64,000 nt of DNA from Minisyncoccota bacterium (GTDB lineage Bacteria; Patescibacteriota; Minisyncoccia; UBA6257; 2-01-FULL-56-20), in contig DATJLR010000003.1 of assembly GCA_035509435.1 (NCBI GenBank), positions 11,853-75,852 of the forward strand, written 5' to 3'. The notes below the pieces were generated by a model. That model saw only the letters and a list, made by a program, of their open reading frames with translations. It did not search any database and had not been told where the DNA came from. Within the stretch, counting starts at the first letter, position 1. Every line of letters begins with the position of its first letter. Of the stretch, positions 47,079 through 55,407 are shown one piece after another. A program made the translations under genes and the position numbers.

Positions 47079-47455
47079 TTATTTCCCGATCTTCCGAAAT
47101 TGCCGGATACCCAACACAAGGAGAACAGCAAGATACAATCCGCAAAAAACAAGGATCCACCGCACCGCCACCAGCTGGGCCGAAGTCAGGGAATAATCCG
47201 GCTCCGCGTGAAGGACGGCGTGGGGCATCAAAGTCATGAGAAACGCCATTGCCATAACGCCTCCGCTGGAATCTTTATAGTACAGGCCGGGGTAAAAGGA
47301 AAGGGCGCGGTCCGGGAAGGAACGCGCCCCATGTCGTTTTCGCCTGTCACCCCAAATGTGGAAATGGACGCTGCGGCCTCGACGAGCTTCTTGTGGACCG
47401 AGTTCAGTTGCGGCTCGTTGAGCTTGGGCAAACACCACGCTTTGACCACCAGCAT
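47079..47455 (-). pseudogene. chimeric remnant of orphan cassette(s)
   Basis: AGGAGG SD plus MLVVKAWCLP...GENDM in one frame; a membrane-protein C-terminus ending RKIGK* in another; GGCGCA/TGCGCC terminator at 47026-47058. Confidence 0.45.
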
Positions 47456-47533
47456 ATCCTATCCTCCTAAAATGGAACTGGGCATACGATAGCACTTTTT
47501 TATAATCCGGGCAAATATGGGGAGCACTGCTTC

Positions 47534-48061
47534 TTAATATAAACCCTCGTTTTTAAATGGGATCAGGGAAAATATCACCGCCTCTATATAATATTTTGTC
47601 CTATCGATCACATCATCCGTCAAAATGCCGATCGCGCCATTGCCGTGTCCGGATTTGCTCCTCTTGAACACGATGTCGTCCGCCTCCGCGAGCTCTTTGC
47701 CCTGCTTGACAAGCTCCGCGATCTGTTTCGGCAAAAAGAACGTGCCGGTCCTCCCCTTCCCGTACCTGCCATCCTTCGATCTGACCACCACCCACGCGAA
47801 GACCTCCATTTCCGAACCCTTTTCCTCCACGCCGCCCTCGATCCCCACCCAAAAATCCGCGGGCGTTCCCTTTGAAACATTTTCCACGCGATTCCAGGCG
47901 CCCTGATACGCCTCGGCATCGCTCATGGGCTGGTCGCCCACTCCCGACGCCGCGGCGACGCCTTCCACCTCAAATTGTTCGGAGGGAAATATCTTGCGAA
48001 ATCCCTCAAGGGCAGCGTTCAGCTTGACGGGATTTTTTGAGGCGACGATGATCTTTTTCAT
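47534..48061 (-). CDS. yjjX: inosine/xanthosine triphosphatase
   Basis: ASKNPVK, SGVGDQP, GIEGG and GAIGILT motifs. Confidence 0.92.
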   Translation of the reverse strand: MKKIIVASKNPVKLNAALEGFRKIFPSEQFEVEGVAAASGVGDQPMSDAEAYQGAWNRVENVSKGTPADFWVGIEGGVEEKGSEMEVFAWVVVRSKDGRYGKGRTGTFFLPKQIAELVKQGKELAEADDIVFKRSKSGHGNGAIGILTDDVIDRTKYYIEAVIFSLIPFKNEGLY

Positions 48062-48351
48062 TCTTCCTTCTTTTTATCGGCAGAATTCGGATTATTCCTT
48101 TGATAAATGAATATTCCTGCGATGGTCGCTAACGGGCCTAAAGTGAAAATGCCAGCCGCTACTGGCTGCCCATTCAGTGCAAGATAAACAGCGCACCCGA
48201 ATCCGGCCAAAACGATCAAGGATGCGGGATGGGGCAACGGACCCTCAAAGCTCTCTTCGATTATGCGCTCCCGAGGGCGTCGGATCGCCGGAGCGCCAGC
48301 TGGATGGGCATCCGGAGGCGTGCTAGGCGCGGGCGTGAGCGGCGGGGGCAT
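48058..48351 (-). pseudogene. internally deleted DUF2335-like membrane protein
   Basis: FEGPLPHP followed directly by the TM helices; the usual intervening helical segment is absent. Confidence 0.55.
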
Positions 48352-48574
48352 TTTCTGTGATAGCTGATCTTAGATCATCGCCAACCGCTTTCCAATCAGA
48401 TTTTAAAGAATTGAGATCGGCCTCTTTCGTGGTCTTGTCAGTATGATACAGATCAATGATTTCCCTAAAATCAAAGAGGCTGGTAAATCCTTTTAAAAAA
48501 GTGGGTTCGTCAAATAACCGGAAGGTATATTTCCCGGCGGCGTTTTCTTTGAAATTTTCGATATAAGATCCCAT
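48323..48574 (-). CDS. small hypothetical protein coupled to the DUF2335-like gene
   Basis: FLKGFTSLFD...LKSDWKAVGDDLRSAI; overlaps the downstream gene. Confidence 0.7.
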   Translation of the reverse strand: MGSYIENFKENAAGKYTFRLFDEPTFLKGFTSLFDFREIIDLYHTDKTTKEADLNSLKSDWKAVGDDLRSAITENAPAAHARA

Positions 48575-48638
48575 AGCAATATTAGTATACTATCCCAATT
48601 CACAAATTGTTTCAAATTGCTTTTAATGGTTTTTTAAT

Positions 48639-48718
48639 CTATTTCCTTAGTTCTACTCCATCCATTCTGATGACGGAAAACTGGTCGTCTGTCCGTGGCG
48701 GATAAGGTAGATGTTCAT
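48639..48718 (-). pseudogene. 80-nt remnant of a histidine phosphatase gene
   Basis: MNIYLIRHGQTT (RHG motif) joined out of frame to FSVIRMDGVELRK*. Confidence 0.7.
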
Positions 48719-49009
48719 CTATTGGAACTTCTTAAACCACCTTACCGTCGCCGCATAGAGCTCTTCTTGCCTCCCCTCTTCCCAGAAGGTGTGCGTAGCG
48801 CCCTTGATCACGACGAGCTCCTTTTTGACCTTCGCCGCCTTGTGCATCTTTTTGTTGTTGTTCCAGTTGCGACTCTGGTCAAAATGGCACTGGATACCGC
48901 TAAATGCCGTGTTCATGTTTGGAACAATCACAACATACGGGTCATTGAGGATGCCTTCGTTCACCGACTGGACCAAGCCTGATACCTCAAGCGTCTGATT
49001 CGGCTCCAT
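48719..49009 (-). pseudogene. chimera of an OB-fold-like fragment and an alpha/beta-hydrolase C-terminus
   Basis: LEVSGLVQSV...DPYVVI...IQCHF then KELVVIKGATHTF...TVRWFKKF. Confidence 0.55.
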
Positions 49010-49229
49010 CTATAAGGTGTGGCTTGATGAGGTCAAGGCTTCCAATAATAAAATCCTTGTGGGCAACTACTCTTTCAAGCTTCGCGAGTTCATGCGCCTT
49101 CCTCCTTGCTTCAAGGTCGTTTTCTTTGAGCGCGAATGAGCCATCTTTTTTTACAGTATAGCCCTGCTGCCTTAACGCAGTAATCACTTGTCTTTTTAGA
49201 TTTATAGCTGAGAATGTAGTGGCCATTTG
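48987..49229 (-). pseudogene. truncated N-terminus of a larger AT-rich gene (DUF4338/DruA-like)
   Basis: LKRQVITALRQQGY...RRKAHELAKLER...HLIDG resembles DruA-type N-termini from memory; breaks into GC-richer sequence. Confidence 0.4.
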
Positions 49230-49287
49230 TTCACTCTCATTATATAACTTTCCAATCAAAAAGCCCCGACTCCTCGGGGCTCATTGT

Positions 49288-49476
49288 TTATTCTCTACAT
49301 TTTGCCTCTAGATTCCTCACTTTCTGCTCGAGAACATCAACCTTCCCTACTAGCCTATCACGCTCTTCAACTAAGAACTCAATTTCCTTTAAGCGCTTCT
49401 CGAGATTCTTCCATACATCGCTTTCAAACTGAGGTAACGTCCTTTTAAGGAATTGGATATAATCAACGTCAGTCAT
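49288..49476 (-). CDS. small coiled-coil protein
   Basis: 62 aa with heptad pattern; AAAGGTCG leader and terminator. Confidence 0.6.
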   Translation of the reverse strand: MTDVDYIQFLKRTLPQFESDVWKNLEKRLKEIEFLVEERDRLVGKVDVLEQKVRNLEAKCRE

Positions 49477-49551
49477 TGTTTTAAAATAAATTACTTCGAC
49501 CTTTATTGAATAAAAACAGCCCCTTTCAGAGCTGTTTTGTGCGGTGTCAGC

Positions 49552-49983
49552 CTAGCGCTTCGCCCACTGCGGGGCCCGCCTGGCCTTGTTCAAGCCATAC
49601 TTCTTGCGCTCCACCATGCGGGAGTCGCGGGTGAGGTAGCCCATGGTGCGGAGGCGGGGCTTCCAGTCCGGTTCCTTGGCGATGATCGCACGGGAGATGC
49701 CGAGGCGCACGGCGCCAGCCTGCGCGTGGATGCCGCCGCCCGTCACGTTCACGGACACGTCGTACGTGTCGAGCTTGAGCTGATCGAGCGGAGAGCGCGC
49801 GTCCGCAACGAGGCGCGGGAGCGTAAAGTAATCCTTGGGCGTCTTGCCGTTCACCGTCATCTTGCCGGTGCCGCCCGGCGTGATGCGCACGCGCGCGATC
49901 GCCGTCTTGCGGCGGCCGACCGCCTCCGTGTAGCGGTGCGAGGACGAAGAATGCTTTGTGGTATGAGGAGTGGTTGTTGCCAT
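49552..49983 (-). CDS. rpsI: 30S ribosomal protein S9
   Basis: GRRKTAIARV...ERKKYGL.KARRAPQWAKR. Confidence 0.98.
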   Translation of the reverse strand: MATTTPHTTKHSSSSHRYTEAVGRRKTAIARVRITPGGTGKMTVNGKTPKDYFTLPRLVADARSPLDQLKLDTYDVSVNVTGGGIHAQAGAVRLGISRAIIAKEPDWKPRLRTMGYLTRDSRMVERKKYGLNKARRAPQWAKR

Positions 49984-50003
49984 GATGCTATTTCGCTTTG
50001 GTG

Positions 50004-50408
50004 TTACTTTGCTTTAACGGCTTTTACCGGACGGACGCGCTTGCCCGCGTTCTTCGGCAGGCCTTCCGGCTCTACGAATATCAAATTCTTGATGCGCTTC
50101 TGCGTGAGGAAGTTGCGCGGAAGCATCTTGCGCACCGCGTGGCGGAGCACGAAGCGCGGATCCTTCTCCATGTGCTGCTCGAACGACTTCTCTTTAAGAT
50201 GGCCGACGTAGCCGGTGTGCTTGTAGTAGACCTTGTCCGTGGCCTTCTTGCCCGTAACGATGATGGAGTCGTAGTTCGACACGTACACTTTGTCGTCGCT
50301 CACGCGATTGGTCTCGAAGGTCGCCGACTTCTTGCCCTGCAGGATGAGGGAAATTTCGGAGGCCAGACGACCTAGTACTTTGTTTTTGGCATCTATATGA
50401 TAGTCCAT
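50004..50408 (-). CDS. rplM: 50S ribosomal protein L13
   Basis: IDA..KVLGRLAS...HTGYVG...AVRKMLP. Confidence 0.97.
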   Translation of the reverse strand: MDYHIDAKNKVLGRLASEISLILQGKKSATFETNRVSDDKVYVSNYDSIIVTGKKATDKVYYKHTGYVGHLKEKSFEQHMEKDPRFVLRHAVRKMLPRNFLTQKRIKNLIFVEPEGLPKNAGKRVRPVKAVKAK

Positions 50409-50452
50409 GGCTTGTTGCTGATTACCGGTAAGCAGGGAGTATAAACGATATG

Positions 50453-50806
50453 TTAAACAAATTCAATGCGGGCCATGCTCGTGCCGTCGCGCTTGCGTGC
50501 GCGGCTGAGCTTTGTGATGCGCAGATAGCCCCCGCTCCGCTCCGCGTACTTGGGGCCGTACTCGCTGAAAAGCTTCTTGACGATCTTCTCGTTGCCGACG
50601 CGGCTCGCCACAAGCCGGCGGTTGGCCACGGTCGGCTTCTTGGCGAAGCTCACCAGGCGCTCCACCTTGGGGCGGATCTCCTTCGCGCGCGCTTCCGTCG
50701 TCTCTATCTTTCCCGCGCGGATCAGGTCGTTGCCCAAATTACGCACGAACGAGATGCGTTCGCCTTTGAGCCGTCCAAATTTTCTTCCCCGATGCGCGTG
50801 GTTCAT
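50453..50806 (-). CDS. rplQ: 50S ribosomal protein L17
   Basis: KIETTEARAKE...RSGGYLRI. Confidence 0.97.
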   Translation of the reverse strand: MNHAHRGRKFGRLKGERISFVRNLGNDLIRAGKIETTEARAKEIRPKVERLVSFAKKPTVANRRLVASRVGNEKIVKKLFSEYGPKYAERSGGYLRITKLSRARKRDGTSMARIEFV

Positions 50807-50827
50807 GGTTCGTTAAATGCTGCCGGA

Positions 50828-51604
50828 TTATTTCTCCTTCTTTTTTGCGGCCGCTTTCTTCTTCGTGCCGCCCTCCGTCTTTGAGTTTTGGGGCGCATCG
50901 AATTCCTTTACCTCCACGCCGCCCACCTTCTCGAAGTGATCCTGAAGGATCTTTGCCGCCTTGTGCAGCGCCGACGACGGGCTGACCGTGCCGTTCGTCG
51001 TGATCTCCAGGCGAAGCCGGTTGTAGTCAGTGCGGTCGCCCACGCGCATGTCCTCGATCGTATAGTTTACCTTTATGACCGGCGTAAAGATCGAGTCGAT
51101 CGCGATCGTGCCGATCGGAAGGCGTCCCTCCGACTTGCGCGCGTCGACCGGTACGTAGCCGAGCCCACGCTCCACTTTGACCTCGATGTCGATCTCGGCG
51201 TCCTTCGCCGTCAGATGGCCGAGCACGACCTCCGGATTGATGATCTCCACGTCCGAATTGAGCTCGATGTCGCCGGCCGTAATCTCACGCTCCCCTTTCA
51301 GTTTGAGCGCAAGCACCTGCGGCTCGTCAACGTGCGAGCGGAAGTAGATCTTCTTGAAATTGAGCGCGAGCTCAACGATATCCTCTTTGAGTCCCGGCAA
51401 TGTGGAAAATTCGTGCGGGACGTTCTTTATCTTGATCTCGGTGACGGCCGCGCCCGGCAGGGACGAGAGCAGCGCGCGGCGAAGCGCGGTGCCGACGGTG
51501 AGCCCGTAACCCGCGTAAAGCCCTTCTATCTCGAACACGCCTTCCCGCGCGTCTTCGGAGATGGTCTTGATGGAAACACTGGAGCTTACATATGCGAATT
51601 CCAT
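50828..51604 (-). CDS. rpoA: RNA polymerase alpha subunit lacking the alpha-CTD
   Basis: GYGLTVGTALRRALLSSLPG, HEFST and RVGDRTDY motifs; ends at 258 aa in a Lys-rich tail. Confidence 0.96.
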   Translation of the reverse strand: MEFAYVSSSVSIKTISEDAREGVFEIEGLYAGYGLTVGTALRRALLSSLPGAAVTEIKIKNVPHEFSTLPGLKEDIVELALNFKKIYFRSHVDEPQVLALKLKGEREITAGDIELNSDVEIINPEVVLGHLTAKDAEIDIEVKVERGLGYVPVDARKSEGRLPIGTIAIDSIFTPVIKVNYTIEDMRVGDRTDYNRLRLEITTNGTVSPSSALHKAAKILQDHFEKVGGVEVKEFDAPQNSKTEGGTKKKAAAKKKEK

Positions 51605-51631
51605 TGGTAAATTGTTAAAAATGATTAAGGT

Positions 51632-52252
51632 TTATTTGGAGAACGAATCGACCAGGAGGTTTATTTCGAAAGGGGGGTTGAGGTCCGTCGGCGCGGAGAG
51701 CAGCTCGCCTTCCAGCTTTTCCGGATCCATGCGGAGCCACGACGGCGCCTCGTATTTTTTGATCAGTTCGGCGCGCTCGGTGAAGGTCTTCTTTGCCTTT
51801 GATTCGGTGCGCACGCCGACCACATCGCCTTTGCGCAAACTGTAGCCCGGAGATGTCACCTTTTTCTTGTTGACCGTGATGTGGCCCTGCACGACGAGCT
51901 GCCGTGCGCCGGCGCGGGAAACGGCCCAGCCAAGCAGGAACACGACGGAGTCAAGGCGCGACTCGAGCAACTCCACGAGCTTTGCGCCCGTCGCGCCCTT
52001 GGTGGCCGTCGCGATCGTAAAGAGACGCTTCATGTTGTTCTCGTTCACGCCGTACGCGATCTTGAACTTCGCCTTCTCGCGAAGCTGGAGGCCGAACTCG
52101 GAAAGCGCGCGGGGGCGCGAAACCGGCCCGTGCGCCCCGGGCTTGTACGGCTTGCGCGTGAGCGCGGACTTCGGCGAGGTCGCGCGATCGCCCTTCAGGC
52201 CGAGGCGCACTCCCAATGCCCGCTCTTTTTTCTCTTTAGCTCCTCTTATCAT
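51632..52252 (-). CDS. rpsD: 30S ribosomal protein S4
   Basis: SEFGLQLREK...LESRLD...ARQLVVQGH. Confidence 0.97.
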   Translation of the reverse strand: MIRGAKEKKERALGVRLGLKGDRATSPKSALTRKPYKPGAHGPVSRPRALSEFGLQLREKAKFKIAYGVNENNMKRLFTIATATKGATGAKLVELLESRLDSVVFLLGWAVSRAGARQLVVQGHITVNKKKVTSPGYSLRKGDVVGVRTESKAKKTFTERAELIKKYEAPSWLRMDPEKLEGELLSAPTDLNPPFEINLLVDSFSK

Positions 52253-52284
52253 GGTGATTTAACAGTAGTTGATATGATAACACA

Positions 52285-52749
52285 TTATACGCGGCGTGTC
52301 TTTGCGGGGCGCGGGCCGTTGTGCGGGACGGGCGTGGCGTCTTTGATGGAAAGGATATTGAAGCCGTTATTGATGAGCGAACGGATGGCCGAGTCGCGGC
52401 CGGAGCCGATCCCTTTTACGATCACCGAGATGTCCTTGGGGCCGCTCGCCTGGATCTTTTCCGTGATCGCCGCGATCACCTTGGACGACGCGAACGGCGT
52501 CGCCTTCTTGGGGCCGGCAAAACCAAGCGAACCGGCGCTCGCCCACGCGAGCACATTGCCGGAATTGTCCGTGACGGTGACGACGGTGTTGTTATACGTG
52601 GCATTCACGTACACCTTGCCTTCCTGCACGTGCTTTGCCTTGCGCTTCGCCGCGGTCGCGGACTTGGTGACGGCATTTTCCCCCGCCGCGGCTTTGGTGT
52701 CCTTCGCCGCTGCGTCACCCTCCTGAGTTTTTACGGTTTTCTTTCCCAT
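52285..52749 (-). CDS. rpsK: 30S ribosomal protein S11
   Basis: ATYNNT...KKATPFA...PVPHNG.RP. Confidence 0.97.
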   Translation of the reverse strand: MGKKTVKTQEGDAAAKDTKAAAGENAVTKSATAAKRKAKHVQEGKVYVNATYNNTVVTVTDNSGNVLAWASAGSLGFAGPKKATPFASSKVIAAITEKIQASGPKDISVIVKGIGSGRDSAIRSLINNGFNILSIKDATPVPHNGPRPAKTRRV

Positions 52750-52771
52750 AGTGTTAGGTCTTTTGTCGTGA

Positions 52772-53155
52772 TTACTTCAGGTCAACTTTTCTCTTGCCGG
52801 AACCCGCGGTCTTGCGGACATTGCCACGCACGGTGCGGGAGTTGGTCCGGGTGCGCTGTCCGCGCGCCGGAAGGCGCCGGGCGTGGCGCGAACCGCGATA
52901 CGTGCCCAGGTCTTTCAGCCGGCCGATGTTACGCTTGATAAGCTGGCGCAATTCGCCTTCCACCGGATAGCTCTTTTCCAAAAAGTTCTGGATGCGGAGC
53001 ACTTCGTCGGCGGTAAGATCCTTTGCCTTCTTATCCACGCCCACTTTTGCCGCCGCAAGCGCGCGCTTGCTGACCGCAGGGCCGACGCCATACAGATAGG
53101 TGAGCGAGGTCTCGATCCTCTTATTGTCCGGAATGTTCACACCGAAAATACGCAT
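52772..53155 (-). CDS. rpsM: 30S ribosomal protein S13
   Basis: YRGSRH..RLPARGQRTRTN. Confidence 0.97.
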   Translation of the reverse strand: MRIFGVNIPDNKRIETSLTYLYGVGPAVSKRALAAAKVGVDKKAKDLTADEVLRIQNFLEKSYPVEGELRQLIKRNIGRLKDLGTYRGSRHARRLPARGQRTRTNSRTVRGNVRKTAGSGKRKVDLK

Positions 53156-53173
53156 GGTAGTGGTCGTTGATGA

Positions 53174-53287
53174 TTAGCCCTGGCGCTGTTTATGTTTGGG
53201 ATTCTTGCAGCGAACAAAAAGTTTGCCATTTCGCTTTACGATCTGGCAGCTTGAACATATCTTCTTTATCGAACTTCGTACTTTCAT
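53174..53287 (-). CDS. rpmJ: 50S ribosomal protein L36 (Zn-ribbon type)
   Basis: Manual translation [37 protein letters not shown]. Confidence 0.96.
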   Translation of the reverse strand: MKVRSSIKKICSSCQIVKRNGKLFVRCKNPKHKQRQG

Positions 53288-53328
53288 ATCTTTATATATA
53301 GTGGCCGCGTTCCCGCGGCGCCGAAATA

Positions 53329-53541
53329 CTACAACCTTCGCACGATCCTGCCTTTTTCGCCGTCAGGGCTCAGTTCAACAAGCACCCGGTCGCCGGGCAG
53401 GACCCGGATGTTGTGCATCTTCATTTTTCCCGCAAGATGCGCGAGGATCTCGGTCTCCAAGCCGTTGATCTTGACCCGAAACAGCAAACCCGGCAGGGCC
53501 TCGTACACCTTGCCCTCCTTCGCGGCGTCAGTTTCCATCAC
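53329..53541 (-). CDS. infA: translation initiation factor IF-1
   Basis: EALP...AHLAGKM...[14 protein letters not shown]. Confidence 0.96.
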   Translation of the reverse strand: MMETDAAKEGKVYEALPGLLFRVKINGLETEILAHLAGKMKMHNIRVLPGDRVLVELSPDGEKGRIVRRL

Positions 53542-53577
53542 GTAAAATCAAGCTCTGGCTCATAAACCAATGAGAGG

Positions 53578-53607
53578 ATTATATACGAGGAGCGGCCGAC
53601 TTGTCAA
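53578..53607 (-). promoter_or_regulatory. promoter of the infA-alpha operon
   Basis: TTGACA-N18-TATAAT. Confidence 0.75.
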
Positions 53608-53614
53608 ACATCCC

Positions 53615-55354
53615 CTAATTTACGGTCACGTGGATCTTGTTCGGGTTCGAAGGGATGGTGAATATCCAGGAGGGCCACATGGAGATCTCGCCGTCCTGAA
53701 GCTGAGGCAATGCCGCGATCGTGCTGCGCGCGCTCCCGATGCTCTGGCCTTCGATGCTCGTCGTAAACTCCGCCACGGAGAATGCCGGCTCGAGCGAACC
53801 CTGCGCGGAAAGCGCGAATGTCACCTGGCCCGTCTTGAAGTTCGGCACCACATTGGTATAGGTGGGATCGATCGTCTTGAATGTGGAGCTCACCTCCGTT
53901 GCCTGCGCGAGCGAGAGCAGATAGTTCTCGAGCGCGGACTGGTCGAACCCGATCGCCTCGAGCGTCGCGGCGCCGAAGACGGTAAAGTTGCCGTTCGCGT
54001 CGGTGGAGGTATTTACGGTAAGCGTGGTGATCGTGGTGGTCGCGGCGCCGTCCGGGATCTCGAAGTTGTTCGGATACGTTCCGGCAAAGCCGCTCGTGAG
54101 TTCGGCATCGAGGAGCGCCGTGGTCGACGCTTTCGCCGCAGCGATGTCCGCCGCGGTAGGCGTCGCGCGCTGGCCGATGAAACCGCCCGTCGTGGATGCG
54201 GTGATCGTGCCGTAGAATCCCGCTTCGCGGCCCGGATCGCTGTCGAATCCCGGGATGGTCAGCTTCGCGACCGGTCCGATGTTGTAATCCGGCCCTGCCT
54301 GATCCGCCACGATGGGCGCGTTGATCGACGACGGCGTAAGCGTACCGTCGGCGGCCTTCGCCTCGCCGGGCACCGTGACGTTCGTCGTGATACGGAAGAT
54401 CTGGCCGGCAGGCGTGAGGAAGCGTGTCGTCGCAACCAATTCCTGTGGCGCGGCGCTGTAATCGTTATAGATAGTGATCGTCCCCTGCGCTTTCTGCGAG
54501 ACCTGCTGGACGGACGAGCCGGGGAATGATTCCGTCAGGTTCTTCGTGGTAGTGAACACCTGGGCGGGAATGATATTCGTCGTCGGATCGATGCCCACCG
54601 CGTTCTTGCTCGCGGTGAAATTATTGGAATAGCTCCACGGCGTCTGCTTGAAGTTGATCGTGATGTTCGCGTGATCGAAGAACGCGCTCGCGACCCACGC
54701 GCCGAGCGCTATGAGCACGATGACGCCGACAGTGATCCAGACAGCCTTCTTTGGAAAACGGCGGGGTCCGCGGTCATCATCATCAAGGTCCGGCTGGCCG
54801 TCAAAGAACCGGCTGCGCAGCGAGCGCGTTTTTTCCTTATCGGCATCGTCATCGTCATCATTGAACGATGATCCGCCTCCGAAGGTTTCCGCCGGCTCCT
54901 CATCGTCAATTCCGCCGTCATCCGTGACATCGATATCCTCATCCGCCGCCTGCGACGCTTTCTTTCCTTTTTTTCCAACCGCGAGATGCACCACTTTTTT
55001 GGTGCGCCCTTCCGCCTCGCCGCGCTCACGATCGCTCTCGGGCACCCCGTCACTGTCGCGGCGCGAAACAATGTCGGAAAATCCTCCGGCGCCCCGGACT
55101 CCCTTCCACAATGGATGGCTCGCCTCGATCCCGCTCTCTTTCGCAAATGCGAGAATGCCTTCGTCCACGGATTCCACAACCACAGTGCGGCCTGCCGAAT
55201 CGGTTTCGCGCTTTAAAAGATGGAAATTGCTGACGGATCGCCCAAGCGCCGACCCCTTCGGGACGACGATCGATACCTCGTCATCCGGCTCGTTCAAGAT
55301 GCGGTCAATGACCTCCGCAATGCCTTCGTTCTTGTCTACGATGATCTTTTTCAT
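53615..55354 (-). CDS. single-TM protein with a baseplate J/gp47-like extracellular region
   Basis: Cytoplasmic N-domain, acidic linker, TM; KAQGTITIYN...TRF...ADQAGPDYNIG...TGG. Confidence 0.75.
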   Translation of the reverse strand: MKKIIVDKNEGIAEVIDRILNEPDDEVSIVVPKGSALGRSVSNFHLLKRETDSAGRTVVVESVDEGILAFAKESGIEASHPLWKGVRGAGGFSDIVSRRDSDGVPESDRERGEAEGRTKKVVHLAVGKKGKKASQAADEDIDVTDDGGIDDEEPAETFGGGSSFNDDDDDADKEKTRSLRSRFFDGQPDLDDDDRGPRRFPKKAVWITVGVIVLIALGAWVASAFFDHANITINFKQTPWSYSNNFTASKNAVGIDPTTNIIPAQVFTTTKNLTESFPGSSVQQVSQKAQGTITIYNDYSAAPQELVATTRFLTPAGQIFRITTNVTVPGEAKAADGTLTPSSINAPIVADQAGPDYNIGPVAKLTIPGFDSDPGREAGFYGTITASTTGGFIGQRATPTAADIAAAKASTTALLDAELTSGFAGTYPNNFEIPDGAATTTITTLTVNTSTDANGNFTVFGAATLEAIGFDQSALENYLLSLAQATEVSSTFKTIDPTYTNVVPNFKTGQVTFALSAQGSLEPAFSVAEFTTSIEGQSIGSARSTIAALPQLQDGEISMWPSWIFTIPSNPNKIHVTVN

Positions 55355-55407
55355 ATAAAGTTGCCTTTATAAAGTAGTATATCACATTCGTTTTCTTTCG
55401 CACGGCG

